From assembly GCA_045628045.1 (NCBI GenBank), contig JAZQOV010000007.1, forward strand, positions 8,704-72,703: a stretch of DNA of 64,000 nucleotides. Reading direction: 5' to 3'. The notes beneath the pieces are model-generated. The model searched no databases. It had not been told where the DNA came from and saw only the letters and a list, made by a program, of their open reading frames with translations. Made by a program: the position numbers and the translations under genes. This DNA is from Bacilli bacterium (GTDB lineage Bacteria > Bacillota_I > Bacilli_A > RFN20 > CAG-826). Positions 9,760 through 20,300 of this stretch are shown one piece after another; the first letter of the stretch is position 1; each line of letters opens with the position of its first letter.

Positions 9760-10866
9760 ATGGCAGAAGAAAAGAAAGTTGAAGCAGCAGTTGCAGAAGC
9801 ACCAGCTGCAGAAGCAAACGTCATGGAAATGGTAATGCATGACGAAAATGCACCAGTCATTACCGTAAGAAAACTTCTTGATGGTGGAGTTCACTTTGGA
9901 CATCACACAAGAAAATGGAATCCAAAAATGAGCAAATACATTTATGGTGCTCGTAATGGAATCTACCTAATTGACTTAGTCAAATCAGCAGAATGCGTTA
10001 AGGAAGCATATGCTGCCCTCAAGAAAATCGTTGATGAAAACGGTAAAGTCTTATTTGTTGGTGTTAAACCACAAGCTAAGGCACTTGTTGAAGCAGAAGC
10101 TCTCCGTAGCGGATCATTCTACATCACAAATAGATGGTTAGGTGGTACTTTAACCAACTTCAAGACAATTCAATCAAGAATTCGTCGTTTAAAAGAACTC
10201 GAAACAATGGAAATTGACGGTTCTTATGACAATCTTTCAAAGAAAGAAGTTGCTCTTTTAAAGAAAGAACAAGACAAACTCGCAAAGAACCTTTCTGGTA
10301 TTAAAGAAATGAGAAAGATTCCAAATGCAGTCTTCGTTTGTGATCCAATGACAGAACACAACGCAGTTGCAGAAGCACGCAAATTACACATTCCAGTATT
10401 TGGTATTTGTGATACAAATACAGATCCAGATATGGTTGATTATGTTATCCCAGGAAACGATGATGCACTTCGTTCACTTACAGTTTTAGTTAAAGTAATG
10501 GCAGATGCTATTGTTGAATCAAAAGGTGGCGTTACAGAAGTTGCTTATATTAAAGATGAACTTGAAGAAGCAACAATGAAAGATGCAGTTAGATTAGCAG
10601 ATAAAGAAAATGCTGAAAGAATTGCAGCAATCCGTAAAGCTCGTGCAGAAAAACAAGAAAGATTAGAAAAAATCCAAGCTCTTCGTAAACAAAGAGAAGA
10701 AGCTCGTAAAAATCCTGAAGCAAAACCAGAAGCAGCAGAAGAAAAACCAGCTGAAGAAGTAAAAGCAGAAGCAGCTCCAGAAGAAAAACCAGCTGAAGAA
10801 GCAAAACCAGCAGCAAAGAAACCAGCTGCTAAAAAAGCTCCAGCAAAGAAAGCTGAGGAAAAATAA
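9760..10866 (+). CDS. rpsB: 30S ribosomal protein S2 with N- and C-terminal low-complexity extensions
   Basis: GVHFGH.TRKWNPKM, RWLGGTLTNF, DTNTDP, IPGNDDA; SD GGAGG before ATG 9760. Confidence 0.97.
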   Translation: MAEEKKVEAAVAEAPAAEANVMEMVMHDENAPVITVRKLLDGGVHFGHHTRKWNPKMSKYIYGARNGIYLIDLVKSAECVKEAYAALKKIVDENGKVLFVGVKPQAKALVEAEALRSGSFYITNRWLGGTLTNFKTIQSRIRRLKELETMEIDGSYDNLSKKEVALLKKEQDKLAKNLSGIKEMRKIPNAVFVCDPMTEHNAVAEARKLHIPVFGICDTNTDPDMVDYVIPGNDDALRSLTVLVKVMADAIVESKGGVTEVAYIKDELEEATMKDAVRLADKENAERIAAIRKARAEKQERLEKIQALRKQREEARKNPEAKPEAAEEKPAEEVKAEAAPEEKPAEEAKPAAKKPAAKKAPAKKAEEK

Positions 10867-10868
10867 TC

Positions 10869-11735
10869 ATGGCAAGCATGATCGAACTCATTAAAGAATT
10901 ACGCGATCGTACTGGCGCAGGCATGATGGACTGCAAAAAGGCTCTTGAAGCCACTGGTTCAGATGTCGATAAAGCAATCGATTGGTTAAGAGAAAAAGGA
11001 ATTGCTAAAGCTCAAGCAAAATCATCAAGAATTGCTGCTGAAGGTTTAGCAGGCGTCGTCATTAAAGGCGACAAAGCAATCATTGTTGAAGTTAACTGTG
11101 AAACTGACTTCGTCGCAAAAGGCGAAAGATTCCAAAAACTTGTCAATGATGCTGCAGAAGCAACTTTAGCCAAAGGCTATGCTTCAATTGAAGAAGCAAA
11201 AACTGGTGTTGCACAATTATTTACTGATGCAACAGTTGCTATGGGTGAAAAACTCGATTATAGACGTTTCGAAATCGTTAGCAAAAATGCAGGTGAAGGC
11301 TTTGGTTCATATCTCCACATGGGTGGTAAGATTGGTACCATTGTTGTTCTTGAAAAAGATGATGCTGAACTTGCAAAAGGTTTAGCAATGCACATTGCAG
11401 CTAACGCACCAAAATACGTTTCAGATGCTGATATTCCAGCAGATGTTATTGCTCACGAAAAAGGAATTTTCCTCCAACAAATTAAGGAAGATCCAAAGTT
11501 TGCTGGTAAACCAGAACAAATGATCAATGGTATTGTTGATGGAAAAGTTAAGAAATTGCTTTCAGAATCAGTCCTTGGTTCACAAGTATTCTTAATTGAT
11601 GGTGAAAAAACAGTTGCCGCTGTCTTAAAAGAAAAAGGCAATAATGTTAAAGCTTTCGTTAGATTCGCTGTTGGCGAAGGTATCGAAAAGCGTAAAGATG
11701 ACTTTGCTGCAGAAGTAATGTCACAATGTAAATAA
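10869..11735 (+). CDS. tsf: Elongation factor Ts
   Basis: LRDRTGAGMMDCKKAL, EVNCETDFVAK, AMHIAA. Confidence 0.98.
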   Translation: MASMIELIKELRDRTGAGMMDCKKALEATGSDVDKAIDWLREKGIAKAQAKSSRIAAEGLAGVVIKGDKAIIVEVNCETDFVAKGERFQKLVNDAAEATLAKGYASIEEAKTGVAQLFTDATVAMGEKLDYRRFEIVSKNAGEGFGSYLHMGGKIGTIVVLEKDDAELAKGLAMHIAANAPKYVSDADIPADVIAHEKGIFLQQIKEDPKFAGKPEQMINGIVDGKVKKLLSESVLGSQVFLIDGEKTVAAVLKEKGNNVKAFVRFAVGEGIEKRKDDFAAEVMSQCK

Positions 11736-11749
11736 TTGGAAGGAGCCTT

Positions 11750-12460
11750 ATGTACTCAAGAATCTTAGTTAAACTCTCTGGAGAAGCACTCTCTGGAAAC
11801 GGTAAAAACGGAATCCTTGATACGGAGGCTCTTTTAAATACTGCTAAAGCAATTAAAAGTATTGCTGAAACAGGATCGGAAGTTTCTATCGTAATCGGCG
11901 CAGGTAATATTGCCCGTGGCTCAATTATTGAGAAAACAGGCATTGATAGAGTAAGCGGCGATTCAATGGGAATGCTTGGCACAGTTATCAACTGTATTGC
12001 CTTAAAAGAAGCTTTAGTGAATCTTGGACAAAAAGCGGTAGTTTTATCTGCTGTTAATGTCACTTTCGTTGAAACTTATTCCCCAGAACTTGCCGATAAA
12101 TATTTGAAGGAAAAATATGTTGTTTTGTTTGGTGCGGGAACTGGAAAACCATTCTTCACTACAGACACATGTGCAACACTCCGTGCTATTGAAATTAAAG
12201 CAGATGCTATTTTAATAGCAAAAAATGGAGTTGATGGAATTTATTCCGATAATCCATTAATTAATAAAGACGCTTATATGTTTAAAGAAATTACTTGTTC
12301 TGAAATCATTAAACGAGACTTAAAAATTATGGATTTAAGTGCTGTTGAAATGCTAAAAGACAAAGATATTGATGTTCGTGTATTTAACATGAATAATACT
12401 GATAATTTTGCCAAAGTAGCAAGAGGCGAAGACATCGGAACAACTATCAAGAAAGGATAA
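11750..12460 (+). CDS. pyrH: UMP kinase
   Basis: LVKLSGEAL, GAGNIARG, D.MGMLGT, PFFTTDT. Confidence 0.96.
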   Translation: MYSRILVKLSGEALSGNGKNGILDTEALLNTAKAIKSIAETGSEVSIVIGAGNIARGSIIEKTGIDRVSGDSMGMLGTVINCIALKEALVNLGQKAVVLSAVNVTFVETYSPELADKYLKEKYVVLFGAGTGKPFFTTDTCATLRAIEIKADAILIAKNGVDGIYSDNPLINKDAYMFKEITCSEIIKRDLKIMDLSAVEMLKDKDIDVRVFNMNNTDNFAKVARGEDIGTTIKKG

Positions 12461-12465
12461 CAAAA

Positions 12466-13011
12466 ATGGACGCTATTGCATTAGAAGCTAAAGAAGGAAT
12501 GAGCAAGACAATTGCTGCCTTTGAAAATGAACTTGTCACACTTAGAACAGGCAGAGCATCACCTGCTATGCTTGAAAGAATCGAATGTGATTATTATGGA
12601 GACAAAATTGGTATCAACCAAATCTCATCAGTTTCATCTCCAGAGCCACGTCAATTACTTGTTAAACCTTATGATAAAAATGACGTTAAATCCATTTGTG
12701 CTGCTATAGCAGCAGCTAACATTGGGGTTAACCCAGTGAATGAAGGCGATTGTATCAGAATTACAATTGCTCCACTTACTGAAGAAACTCGTCGTGAACT
12801 TGTTAAAAAAGCAAAGGCTATGAGTGAAGAAAGCAAAGTTGCAATTCGTAACATTCGTCGTGATTACATTGATCTTGTTAAGGCAAGCGATGACATGACA
12901 GAAGACCTTCAAAGACAAGTGCAGGACGAAATTCAAAAAGTAACTGATGAAGCAGTTGCTCAAATTGATTCAATACTTGCAAAAAAAGAGTCAGAAATTA
13001 TGGCGATATAA
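12466..13011 (+). CDS. frr: Ribosome recycling factor
   Basis: LRTGRASP, PLTEETRRELVK, KVAIRNIRRD. Confidence 0.97.
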   Translation: MDAIALEAKEGMSKTIAAFENELVTLRTGRASPAMLERIECDYYGDKIGINQISSVSSPEPRQLLVKPYDKNDVKSICAAIAAANIGVNPVNEGDCIRITIAPLTEETRRELVKKAKAMSEESKVAIRNIRRDYIDLVKASDDMTEDLQRQVQDEIQKVTDEAVAQIDSILAKKESEIMAI

Positions 13012-13039
13012 GAGAGGCTAATGCTTCTCTTTTCTTTTT
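13010..13039 (+). terminator. Terminator after frr
   Basis: AGAGAGGC-TAAT-GCTTCTCT followed by a T tract. Confidence 0.75.
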
Positions 13040-13111
13040 AAAAAGAATTCATCACATTATTTTTTTTATGCCCTTGCGCCTAAGCCTCGTATGTATGTAT
13101 AATATACACAC

Positions 13112-13849
13112 ATGAACGAAATAACATTAAACAAGCCAATTAAGCATGTTGCTATTATTATGGATGGCAACGGAAGATGGGCTAATGAACGTGGTTTACC
13201 ACGTACAAAAGGCCATAAAGAGGCAATGAACCGCATTGTCGAAATTTTCGACTACTGTGTTGATTATGATATTAAAGTTGTATCATTCTATGCGTTTTCT
13301 ACTGAAAACTGGAAAAGACCAAAATCAGAAATAGCATTTTTGTTTAGATATCTTGATATTTTCTTTAGAAAAGAAATTAACAAAATTATGAAAGATGGCA
13401 CAAGGATAATTGTGTCTGGAGATATTTCAAAACTTCCTCCTAAAACAAGAAAAACCACGGAGAAAGCTATTGAAATGACAAAGAACAATAAAAACTATGT
13501 CATGAATATTTGCCTTAATTATGGTGGAAAAGAAGAACTCACTAGAGCTGCAAGGCTCATTGCAGAAGAAGTGAAAGAGGGAAAACTTGAGTTAAAAGAT
13601 ATTAACGAACAAGTTATGGAAAATCATCTTTATACCGCTGGACTTCCAAACGTTGATCTTATGATCAGGACAAGTGGAGAAATAAGGACATCAAATTTCC
13701 TACCGTGGCAGATTGCATACGCTGAATATGTGTTCACACCGGTTTACTTCCCGGATTTCAAAAGAAAAGAATTTGTCGATTGTCTGATTGAATTTAATAA
13801 ACGTAATAGAAGATATGGAGGGCTAACAAATGAAAAAGATAATAAATGA
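13112..13849 (+). CDS. uppS: Undecaprenyl diphosphate synthase
   Basis: HVAIIMDGNGRWA, FSTENWKRP, NYGG, IRTSGE.R.SNFL.WQ. Confidence 0.96.
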   Translation: MNEITLNKPIKHVAIIMDGNGRWANERGLPRTKGHKEAMNRIVEIFDYCVDYDIKVVSFYAFSTENWKRPKSEIAFLFRYLDIFFRKEINKIMKDGTRIIVSGDISKLPPKTRKTTEKAIEMTKNNKNYVMNICLNYGGKEELTRAARLIAEEVKEGKLELKDINEQVMENHLYTAGLPNVDLMIRTSGEIRTSNFLPWQIAYAEYVFTPVYFPDFKRKEFVDCLIEFNKRNRRYGGLTNEKDNK

Positions 13850-14882
13850 AATATCTGAATCAGCTAAGAAATCGCTTCTTACTAGAACAATAACTGCGAT
13901 TATTTTAGTTGTCATTACAGTTCCGTGTCTTATTCTTGGTGGCTGGTATTTCTTTATTTTTAGTGCTGTTATTGCACTTTGCTGTTCCTTTGAAATAGTC
14001 AAAGCATCAAATTTAAAAGGACTTATTAGAGTTTTAATCTATTTTATTACGATTGTCTTTACGATTGGCATTATTTACTATGTCATGTTTCAAGACAAAT
14101 TAGGAACAGGTTATAAAATTACCGAAAAAGAAACTCAACTTTATAATGCTTTCGGCAATAAAATTGACCTTTCTATTATGCTCATTACAGTGATGTTATC
14201 AGTTTATTTCTTAATATCATTTGCTTCAGAACCATTTAACATTGCATACGTTTTCTATTTCGTAACAATGATTTTGGTTATTGCAATTGGAATTCAGTCT
14301 ATTTTATTCCTTCGTTACGCTCCTTTTATTTGTTTTTCAAATGAATCTAAAGGTGCACTAGGTGAATACGTAGGAAAACAACTTGTTGAAAAATCTAATT
14401 TTAAATACATTCAATCAACATTCTTATCTGTTTACGTCATTTTAGGTGTTGTTTGTAACGACGTTGGTGCTTACTTTATTGGTATGCTTTTTGGTAAACA
14501 TAAAATGAACGAAAGAATTTCTCCTAAGAAAACTTGGGAAGGATTCGTTGGTGGCGTTGTTTTATCAATAATTGCTTCGATTCTATTTGCACTTTTGTGT
14601 GCTGTATTTGAAAAACCAATTTTACCAATCTTTGATTTAAGCCACTTATACTATGTAATCGTTGTTTCGATCTTAATTCCGCTTATCGCTGATATCGGAG
14701 ACTTCGTTTTCTCCTCTGTTAAACGTACATTTGGAGTTAAAGACTTCTCAAATCTCCTTCCAGGACATGGTGGTGTATTAGATCGTATCGATTCATTAAT
14801 ATTTGCTGCAGCTTTAGTTTCTTGTTTAATCATCTTTATATATTTGGTTCAAGGTAATCCATTAAATGCAATGCAAATCTAA
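13830..14882 (+). CDS. cdsA: Phosphatidate cytidylyltransferase
   Basis: Multi-TM; ISPKKTWEG, GD..S.VKR.FGVKDFS.LLPGHGGVLDRIDS. Confidence 0.94.
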   Translation: MKKIINEISESAKKSLLTRTITAIILVVITVPCLILGGWYFFIFSAVIALCCSFEIVKASNLKGLIRVLIYFITIVFTIGIIYYVMFQDKLGTGYKITEKETQLYNAFGNKIDLSIMLITVMLSVYFLISFASEPFNIAYVFYFVTMILVIAIGIQSILFLRYAPFICFSNESKGALGEYVGKQLVEKSNFKYIQSTFLSVYVILGVVCNDVGAYFIGMLFGKHKMNERISPKKTWEGFVGGVVLSIIASILFALLCAVFEKPILPIFDLSHLYYVIVVSILIPLIADIGDFVFSSVKRTFGVKDFSNLLPGHGGVLDRIDSLIFAAALVSCLIIFIYLVQGNPLNAMQI

Positions 14883-16014
14883 GGTTCTTTTATTAGGTGC
14901 CTCAGGTTCTATTGGTGGACAAGCCATTGATATTATCAATGGGGCGAGTGATAAGTTTATACTTACCGCTTTTTCTGTTGGCAAAAATTACGAAAAAGCT
15001 CGTGAGATTTTACTTTCACACCCAAGTGTAGAAGAAGTTTATATTTGCTCAAAAGTTGATGCTGAAAAGCTTAAAGACGAATTTCATAATTTAATTGTTT
15101 ATAGCGGAAAAAGAGGTTTAGCAAAGCTAACAAGAAGTGCTGAATACGATATGTGTGTTGATGCACTTGTTGGATTTGCAGGACTTGAACCAGCTATTAT
15201 TTCATTAAGAAAAAAGAAAGTTTTATGTTTAGCAAACAAAGAAGCTTTAGTCGCTGGTGGAACTATAATTAACCGCATTTTAAAAAGAGGAAAATCAAAA
15301 CTTTATCCAATTGATTCTGAGCACGTTGCTTTAGCAAAATGTCTCGCAAATTGTGACAAAAAAGATGTCAAACGTCTTATTATTACTGCTTCTGGTGGAG
15401 CTTTAAGAAATGTTCCACTTAAAGAATTAAAAGATGTAAAAGCAGAACGTGCATTAATGCACCCAACATGGAAAATGGGAAATAAAATTACCATTGATTG
15501 TGCCACAATGATGAACAAAGGTTTTGAAATTATTGAAGCATTTTATTTATATCATTATCCATTGGATAAAATCACTGTTCAAATGCATGATGAATCACTT
15601 GTTCATTCCGCAGTTGAACTTAATGACGGAACATTGCTTGTTGAATATGGAAAACCAGACATGCATAACCCAATTAGATGGGCAATGAATGAAGGCAAGA
15701 TTGAAAATGATGTTTTAAAAATCAAATCATTCGACGAACTCAAAGATTGTCATTTTCATAATTATGATCCTAAACGTTATCCATGCACTGAACTTGCTAA
15801 AAAAGCACTCCAAGACGGTGCTTCAAAAATGATTGCTCTTAATGCTTCAAACGAAGTTTTAGTAAGAAAATACTTAGCTGGAGAAATTGGATTTTTAGAT
15901 ATTTCTAAAAACGTAGAAGAAATTGTTAATAAAACTCCGCTTAAAAAGAAATTGAGTTTATTTAAAGTTAAACTTATTGATAAAAAAGCTAGAAAGGCCG
16001 CTGAAAAATGCTAA
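14866..16014 (+). CDS. dxr: 1-deoxy-D-xylulose-5-phosphate reductoisomerase
   Basis: LGASGSIG, LANKEAL, PIDSEH, TASGG, HPTWKMG.KITID.ATMMNKG.E. Confidence 0.95.
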   Translation: MQCKSKVLLLGASGSIGGQAIDIINGASDKFILTAFSVGKNYEKAREILLSHPSVEEVYICSKVDAEKLKDEFHNLIVYSGKRGLAKLTRSAEYDMCVDALVGFAGLEPAIISLRKKKVLCLANKEALVAGGTIINRILKRGKSKLYPIDSEHVALAKCLANCDKKDVKRLIITASGGALRNVPLKELKDVKAERALMHPTWKMGNKITIDCATMMNKGFEIIEAFYLYHYPLDKITVQMHDESLVHSAVELNDGTLLVEYGKPDMHNPIRWAMNEGKIENDVLKIKSFDELKDCHFHNYDPKRYPCTELAKKALQDGASKMIALNASNEVLVRKYLAGEIGFLDISKNVEEIVNKTPLKKKLSLFKVKLIDKKARKAAEKC

Positions 16015-17357
16015 CAAAAATACTTGCAATTATTGTATTTATTATCGCGTTTGCTGCTTTAATTTGTATTCATGAAGCAGGTCATTTTTCAATGGCTAAA
16101 CTTTTTAAAGTTTATTGTAAAGAATTTTCTATTGGATTTGGTCCTGCTATTTATTCTAAAAAGAAAAAAGGCCACGAAACAAAATTCTCACTCCGCTGGA
16201 TTCCACTTGGTGGATACGTTGCAATGTATGGCGAAGACACTGAAGATGACGATGAATTTAAAGATCTTCCAAAGGAACGCTCACTTGAGCACATTAAAAA
16301 GTGGAAAAAGGCAATTATTGTTTCTGCAGGAATTATTCTTAACGCTTTACTTGCCTTGATTCTTATTGGAATTTCAAATATCTGTTTTAGAGTAACTTAT
16401 GTTACTAGACAAGCGGTGGTAGCGGAAAATTCACTTATTTCAGAAGCAGGAATTAAAGAAAATGACAAACTGGAATTCGTTATTCCAAAGCAAATGGAAG
16501 ATGAAGGGGTAATAGAACCATTCACTTATGAATTTACAGATAATCAAAAATTAATTCACGCTGGTTCATTTTATATTGTTGACCCAAATATTAAGCTCGA
16601 ATCTGGTGAAAGATATGTTTTAACATTTATGTTTGCAGGAGATAAAAAAGAACCTGTATTTACGGATGGATTATCTCTTTATAAAGCTATTTCTAAGGAA
16701 GAATTATCCACAAAAACAAACTCATACAATCTTTTTAAAGATTGGGCTAATGAAGAAGGATCTCCTAATTATTATCCAATAATTGAAGATGATGTTGTTA
16801 CTTTAACTGAAGGAATGGCGTTTGATGCAAATATCGGATTTTTAGTTGGAGAAAATGAAGAAGTTGTCATCAAAACAATCCATATTCAAACAATTAAAGA
16901 TGGAAAGAAATTTGTTTTTGAAGACATTGGTCTATCATTCAAACTCGTTAAAGAATGGCTTCCATTTAAAACTAGACTTGCAAACACATTTAGAGATTAT
17001 GGCGAAGCCTCAATCGCAGTATTTAAAGGATTAAAAGTTTTATTTACTGGTGGTATTAAAAATCTTGGTGGATTTATAAGAATTGCCGCTACATCAACAA
17101 CAGTATTTACTACTAGAACATTTGCAACTTATTTATATTTCTGGGGTTTGATCTCAGTTAACTTAGCGATATTTAATTTATTACCGTTCCCTGGACTTGA
17201 TGGATGGCAGTTACTTGTAACTGCAATTGAAGGAATTACTAAGAAAAAACTTCCTTCTAAATTTAAAACAATTATGTCCATTATCGGACTAGCGTTATTA
17301 TTTGCACTTATGATTGTGATTGTAGTGCTTGATATAAAAAGTATTGCGGGTATTTAA
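16008..17357 (+). CDS. rseP: Site-2 intramembrane zinc protease RseP/RasP
   Basis: HEAGH, FSIGFGP, IPLGGYV, NLLPFPGLDG. Confidence 0.9.
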   Translation: MLTKILAIIVFIIAFAALICIHEAGHFSMAKLFKVYCKEFSIGFGPAIYSKKKKGHETKFSLRWIPLGGYVAMYGEDTEDDDEFKDLPKERSLEHIKKWKKAIIVSAGIILNALLALILIGISNICFRVTYVTRQAVVAENSLISEAGIKENDKLEFVIPKQMEDEGVIEPFTYEFTDNQKLIHAGSFYIVDPNIKLESGERYVLTFMFAGDKKEPVFTDGLSLYKAISKEELSTKTNSYNLFKDWANEEGSPNYYPIIEDDVVTLTEGMAFDANIGFLVGENEEVVIKTIHIQTIKDGKKFVFEDIGLSFKLVKEWLPFKTRLANTFRDYGEASIAVFKGLKVLFTGGIKNLGGFIRIAATSTTVFTTRTFATYLYFWGLISVNLAIFNLLPFPGLDGWQLLVTAIEGITKKKLPSKFKTIMSIIGLALLFALMIVIVVLDIKSIAGI

Positions 17358-17359
17358 CT

Positions 17360-20300
17360 ATGAAAGACAAAATGATTAGATTTTTAACATCTATCGGCAT
17401 CCAGAATGTCGAACGTTTTGACATGGATTTTGATTTAGTTACTCGTAATCGCACTCATTTCATGCAAATTGACATGTTAATTGTGAAACAAACTCCTTGG
17501 GAGTATGAACTTCTTGAAGAATTCCAAAATCATTTAGAAGGAATTAAGTATCCTTATTCAATTAAATTTTCTTACGTGAAAAAACCTGTTGCTTGTGATG
17601 CAACAAAACTTTTTAAAGAATGGCATTTTTCACATTGTAGAGTGCCTTCAACTTTAAAACTTGTCGGTATTGGAAACACAATTACTTTCTATTATGAATC
17701 TGTTGAAGAAAAGGAAAAGAACAATAGCGTTGTCAAAGACTTTAAATCATTCTTAGATTTCCTTGGATACGACTTTACTTTTGAACACAAACTTTTGGAC
17801 AAAACTGAGGAACTTCCGAAGGAAAGCCCAAAAGAAGAGATTAAAACCGAGATGTCAGAGGAAGAGGAAGAAACACTAAAAGCATATCAATCTTCCATTG
17901 TTGAAATGCGTCATGAATTTGAGAAAATGCCTCATAAAAATGATTCATGGAAAGATAGAATTCCTTACAAGAAACTTGAGAATATTTCTGATATAAATGA
18001 AGATTCAGCAAACGTCGAGATTGAAGGTCAACTTTATGGCATTGATAAACCAAAAATCATTCGTAATGGCAAGACGCTTTTAACTTGTGGACTTGGAAAA
18101 GGTGATTGTGGAATTGCTCTTAAAGTTCTTGAAAACGACAACATGTCTCCTGACTTTATTGAAGATGAACTTAAAAATGAAAAATGGGCAAGAGTTAAAG
18201 GATACGTTTCTAGAGATTCTTATAAAGGTTCACTTGTTTTAGATGCAAGAAGTATTGAAATTACTGAAGGGCCTCAGCTTAGAACTGATGATGAAGAAGA
18301 AAAACGTGTTGAATTACATTTACATACAAAAATGTCTTCAATGGATGGAGTAACCTCAACAGAAGATTACTTTAAACTTGCGAAAAACATGGGTCATAAA
18401 GCAGTTGCAATTACTGACCATGGTGTTGTCCAATCTTACCCTAATGCACAAAAAATATCCGGGAAAACCGGGGTAAAAGCGCTATATGGCTGTGAATTTT
18501 ACATGGTTAATGATGAACTTCCGTTCGCGTTAAATCCTGTTGATATTCCTCTTAATAAAGCAACCTATGTTGTGTTCGACTTAGAAACAACTGGGCTTTC
18601 CACTAGATACGATAGAATCACCGAATTCGGTGGTATTAGATTTGAGAATGGTCAAATCGTTAAAACTTTAGATTTGCTTATTAATCCAGAAAGACAAATC
18701 CCTAAAGCAATCGTTGAAAAAACTCATATTTCAAACGAAATGGTTAAAGACAAACCAACGATTGAACAAGTTATTGATCAAATTCTTGAATTCATGGATG
18801 GCGCAATCCTTGTTTCTCATAACATTACATTCGACTATGGATTTATTGCAGAAAATTTAAGAAGAATGGGTAGAGAGAAGTTTGTTAAACCTGCTATCGA
18901 TACTCTTTCACTTTCAAGATATCTTTTCCCGGAAGCAAGTGCGCATAGATTAGGAAGCCTTTCTAAGAACCTTGGAATGGATAATTATGATGATGAAGAA
19001 GCACACCGTGCTGATTACGACGCAAAGATATTAAATGAAGTTTGGTTGGCAATGCTTTCTAGACTTACAAAAACTAATAAAGATTTAAAACATAGTGACC
19101 TCGCAAAGATTAAAACTACAAACTCTATGCTAAAGCATATGAGACCAGATCATGTCACTGTACTTGCTAAAAATGAAGAAGGTATCAAAGATATTTTTGA
19201 ACTTGTTTCGTTATCACATATTAATTACTTAGCAGATGTTCCTAAAATTCCAAAACGTGAGATTGAAAGATTACGTAAAAACTTGTTAGTTGGTTCTGCA
19301 TGTCAAAATGGTGAAATTTTTGATATGGAAAGAACTAGATCAAAACAAGATTTACTCGATGCAATGGAATTTTATGATTACATCGAGGTTCAACCTATTG
19401 AAAACTACCTTAACCTTGTTAATAGAGGAATTGTTTTAAATAACGAACAAATTCAAGCTTACATTACAGATATTGTTGAATGTGCTGACTCAATTGGAAA
19501 AATGGTGGTGGCAACTGGTGATGTTCACTATGCAAACCCAGAAGATAAAATTTCTAGAGATATTTACATTGCAGCTAAAGCTGTCGGCGGAAAATTCCAT
19601 CCACTCCATTTAAAAGATCCTACTCTTCAAAATCCAAATCAACACTATAGAACAACAAGAGAAATGCTTGATGCCTTTAGTTTTTTGGGTGAAGAAAAAG
19701 CAAAAGAAATTGTTATTAAAAATACAAATATTATTGCCGACTCTTTAAAGGAAATGGCGCCAATAAAAGAAGTTCTTGAAAAACCTGTTATTGAAAATTC
19801 TGAGCAAATGTTAACAGATGCTTGCTTTAACAAAGCAAAAGAACTTTATGGTGAAAATATTCCTCAGGATATTGTCGATAGATTAAATAAAGAATTAAAT
19901 GGTATTAATGGCCATGGTTATTCTGTTACTTATTACATTGCTCATGAAATTATTCGTCGTGCTAACGAAGATGGTTACATGGTTGGTTCCCGTGGTTCTG
20001 TTGGTTCATCTTTAGCAGCCCACTTATATGGAATTACTGAGGTTAATCCTTTAGCACCTCACTATAGATGTCCAAAATGTAAACATTTCGAATATTCGGA
20101 TGATCCTGAATGTTATTCTGGTTCAGACTTACCAGAAAAGAAATGCCCTGTTTGTGGTGAACCTATGGTTCACGATGGACAAGAAATTCCATTTGAAACA
20201 TTCCTTGGATTTGATGCTGAGAAAGTTCCTGATATTGATCTTAACTTCCCAAGCGATTACCAAGCCAAAGCCCACGAATCTACAAAAGATATTTTTGGTG

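Noticed and set aside
10720-10860. GAAGAAAAACCAGCTGAAGAA repeats as a CRISPR-like array
   Set aside because: These are in-frame coding repeats of the S2 tail, with no spacers and no cas genes.
16704-16712. DnaA box TTATCCACA
   Set aside because: A single copy inside the rseP coding sequence, with no cluster or origin context.
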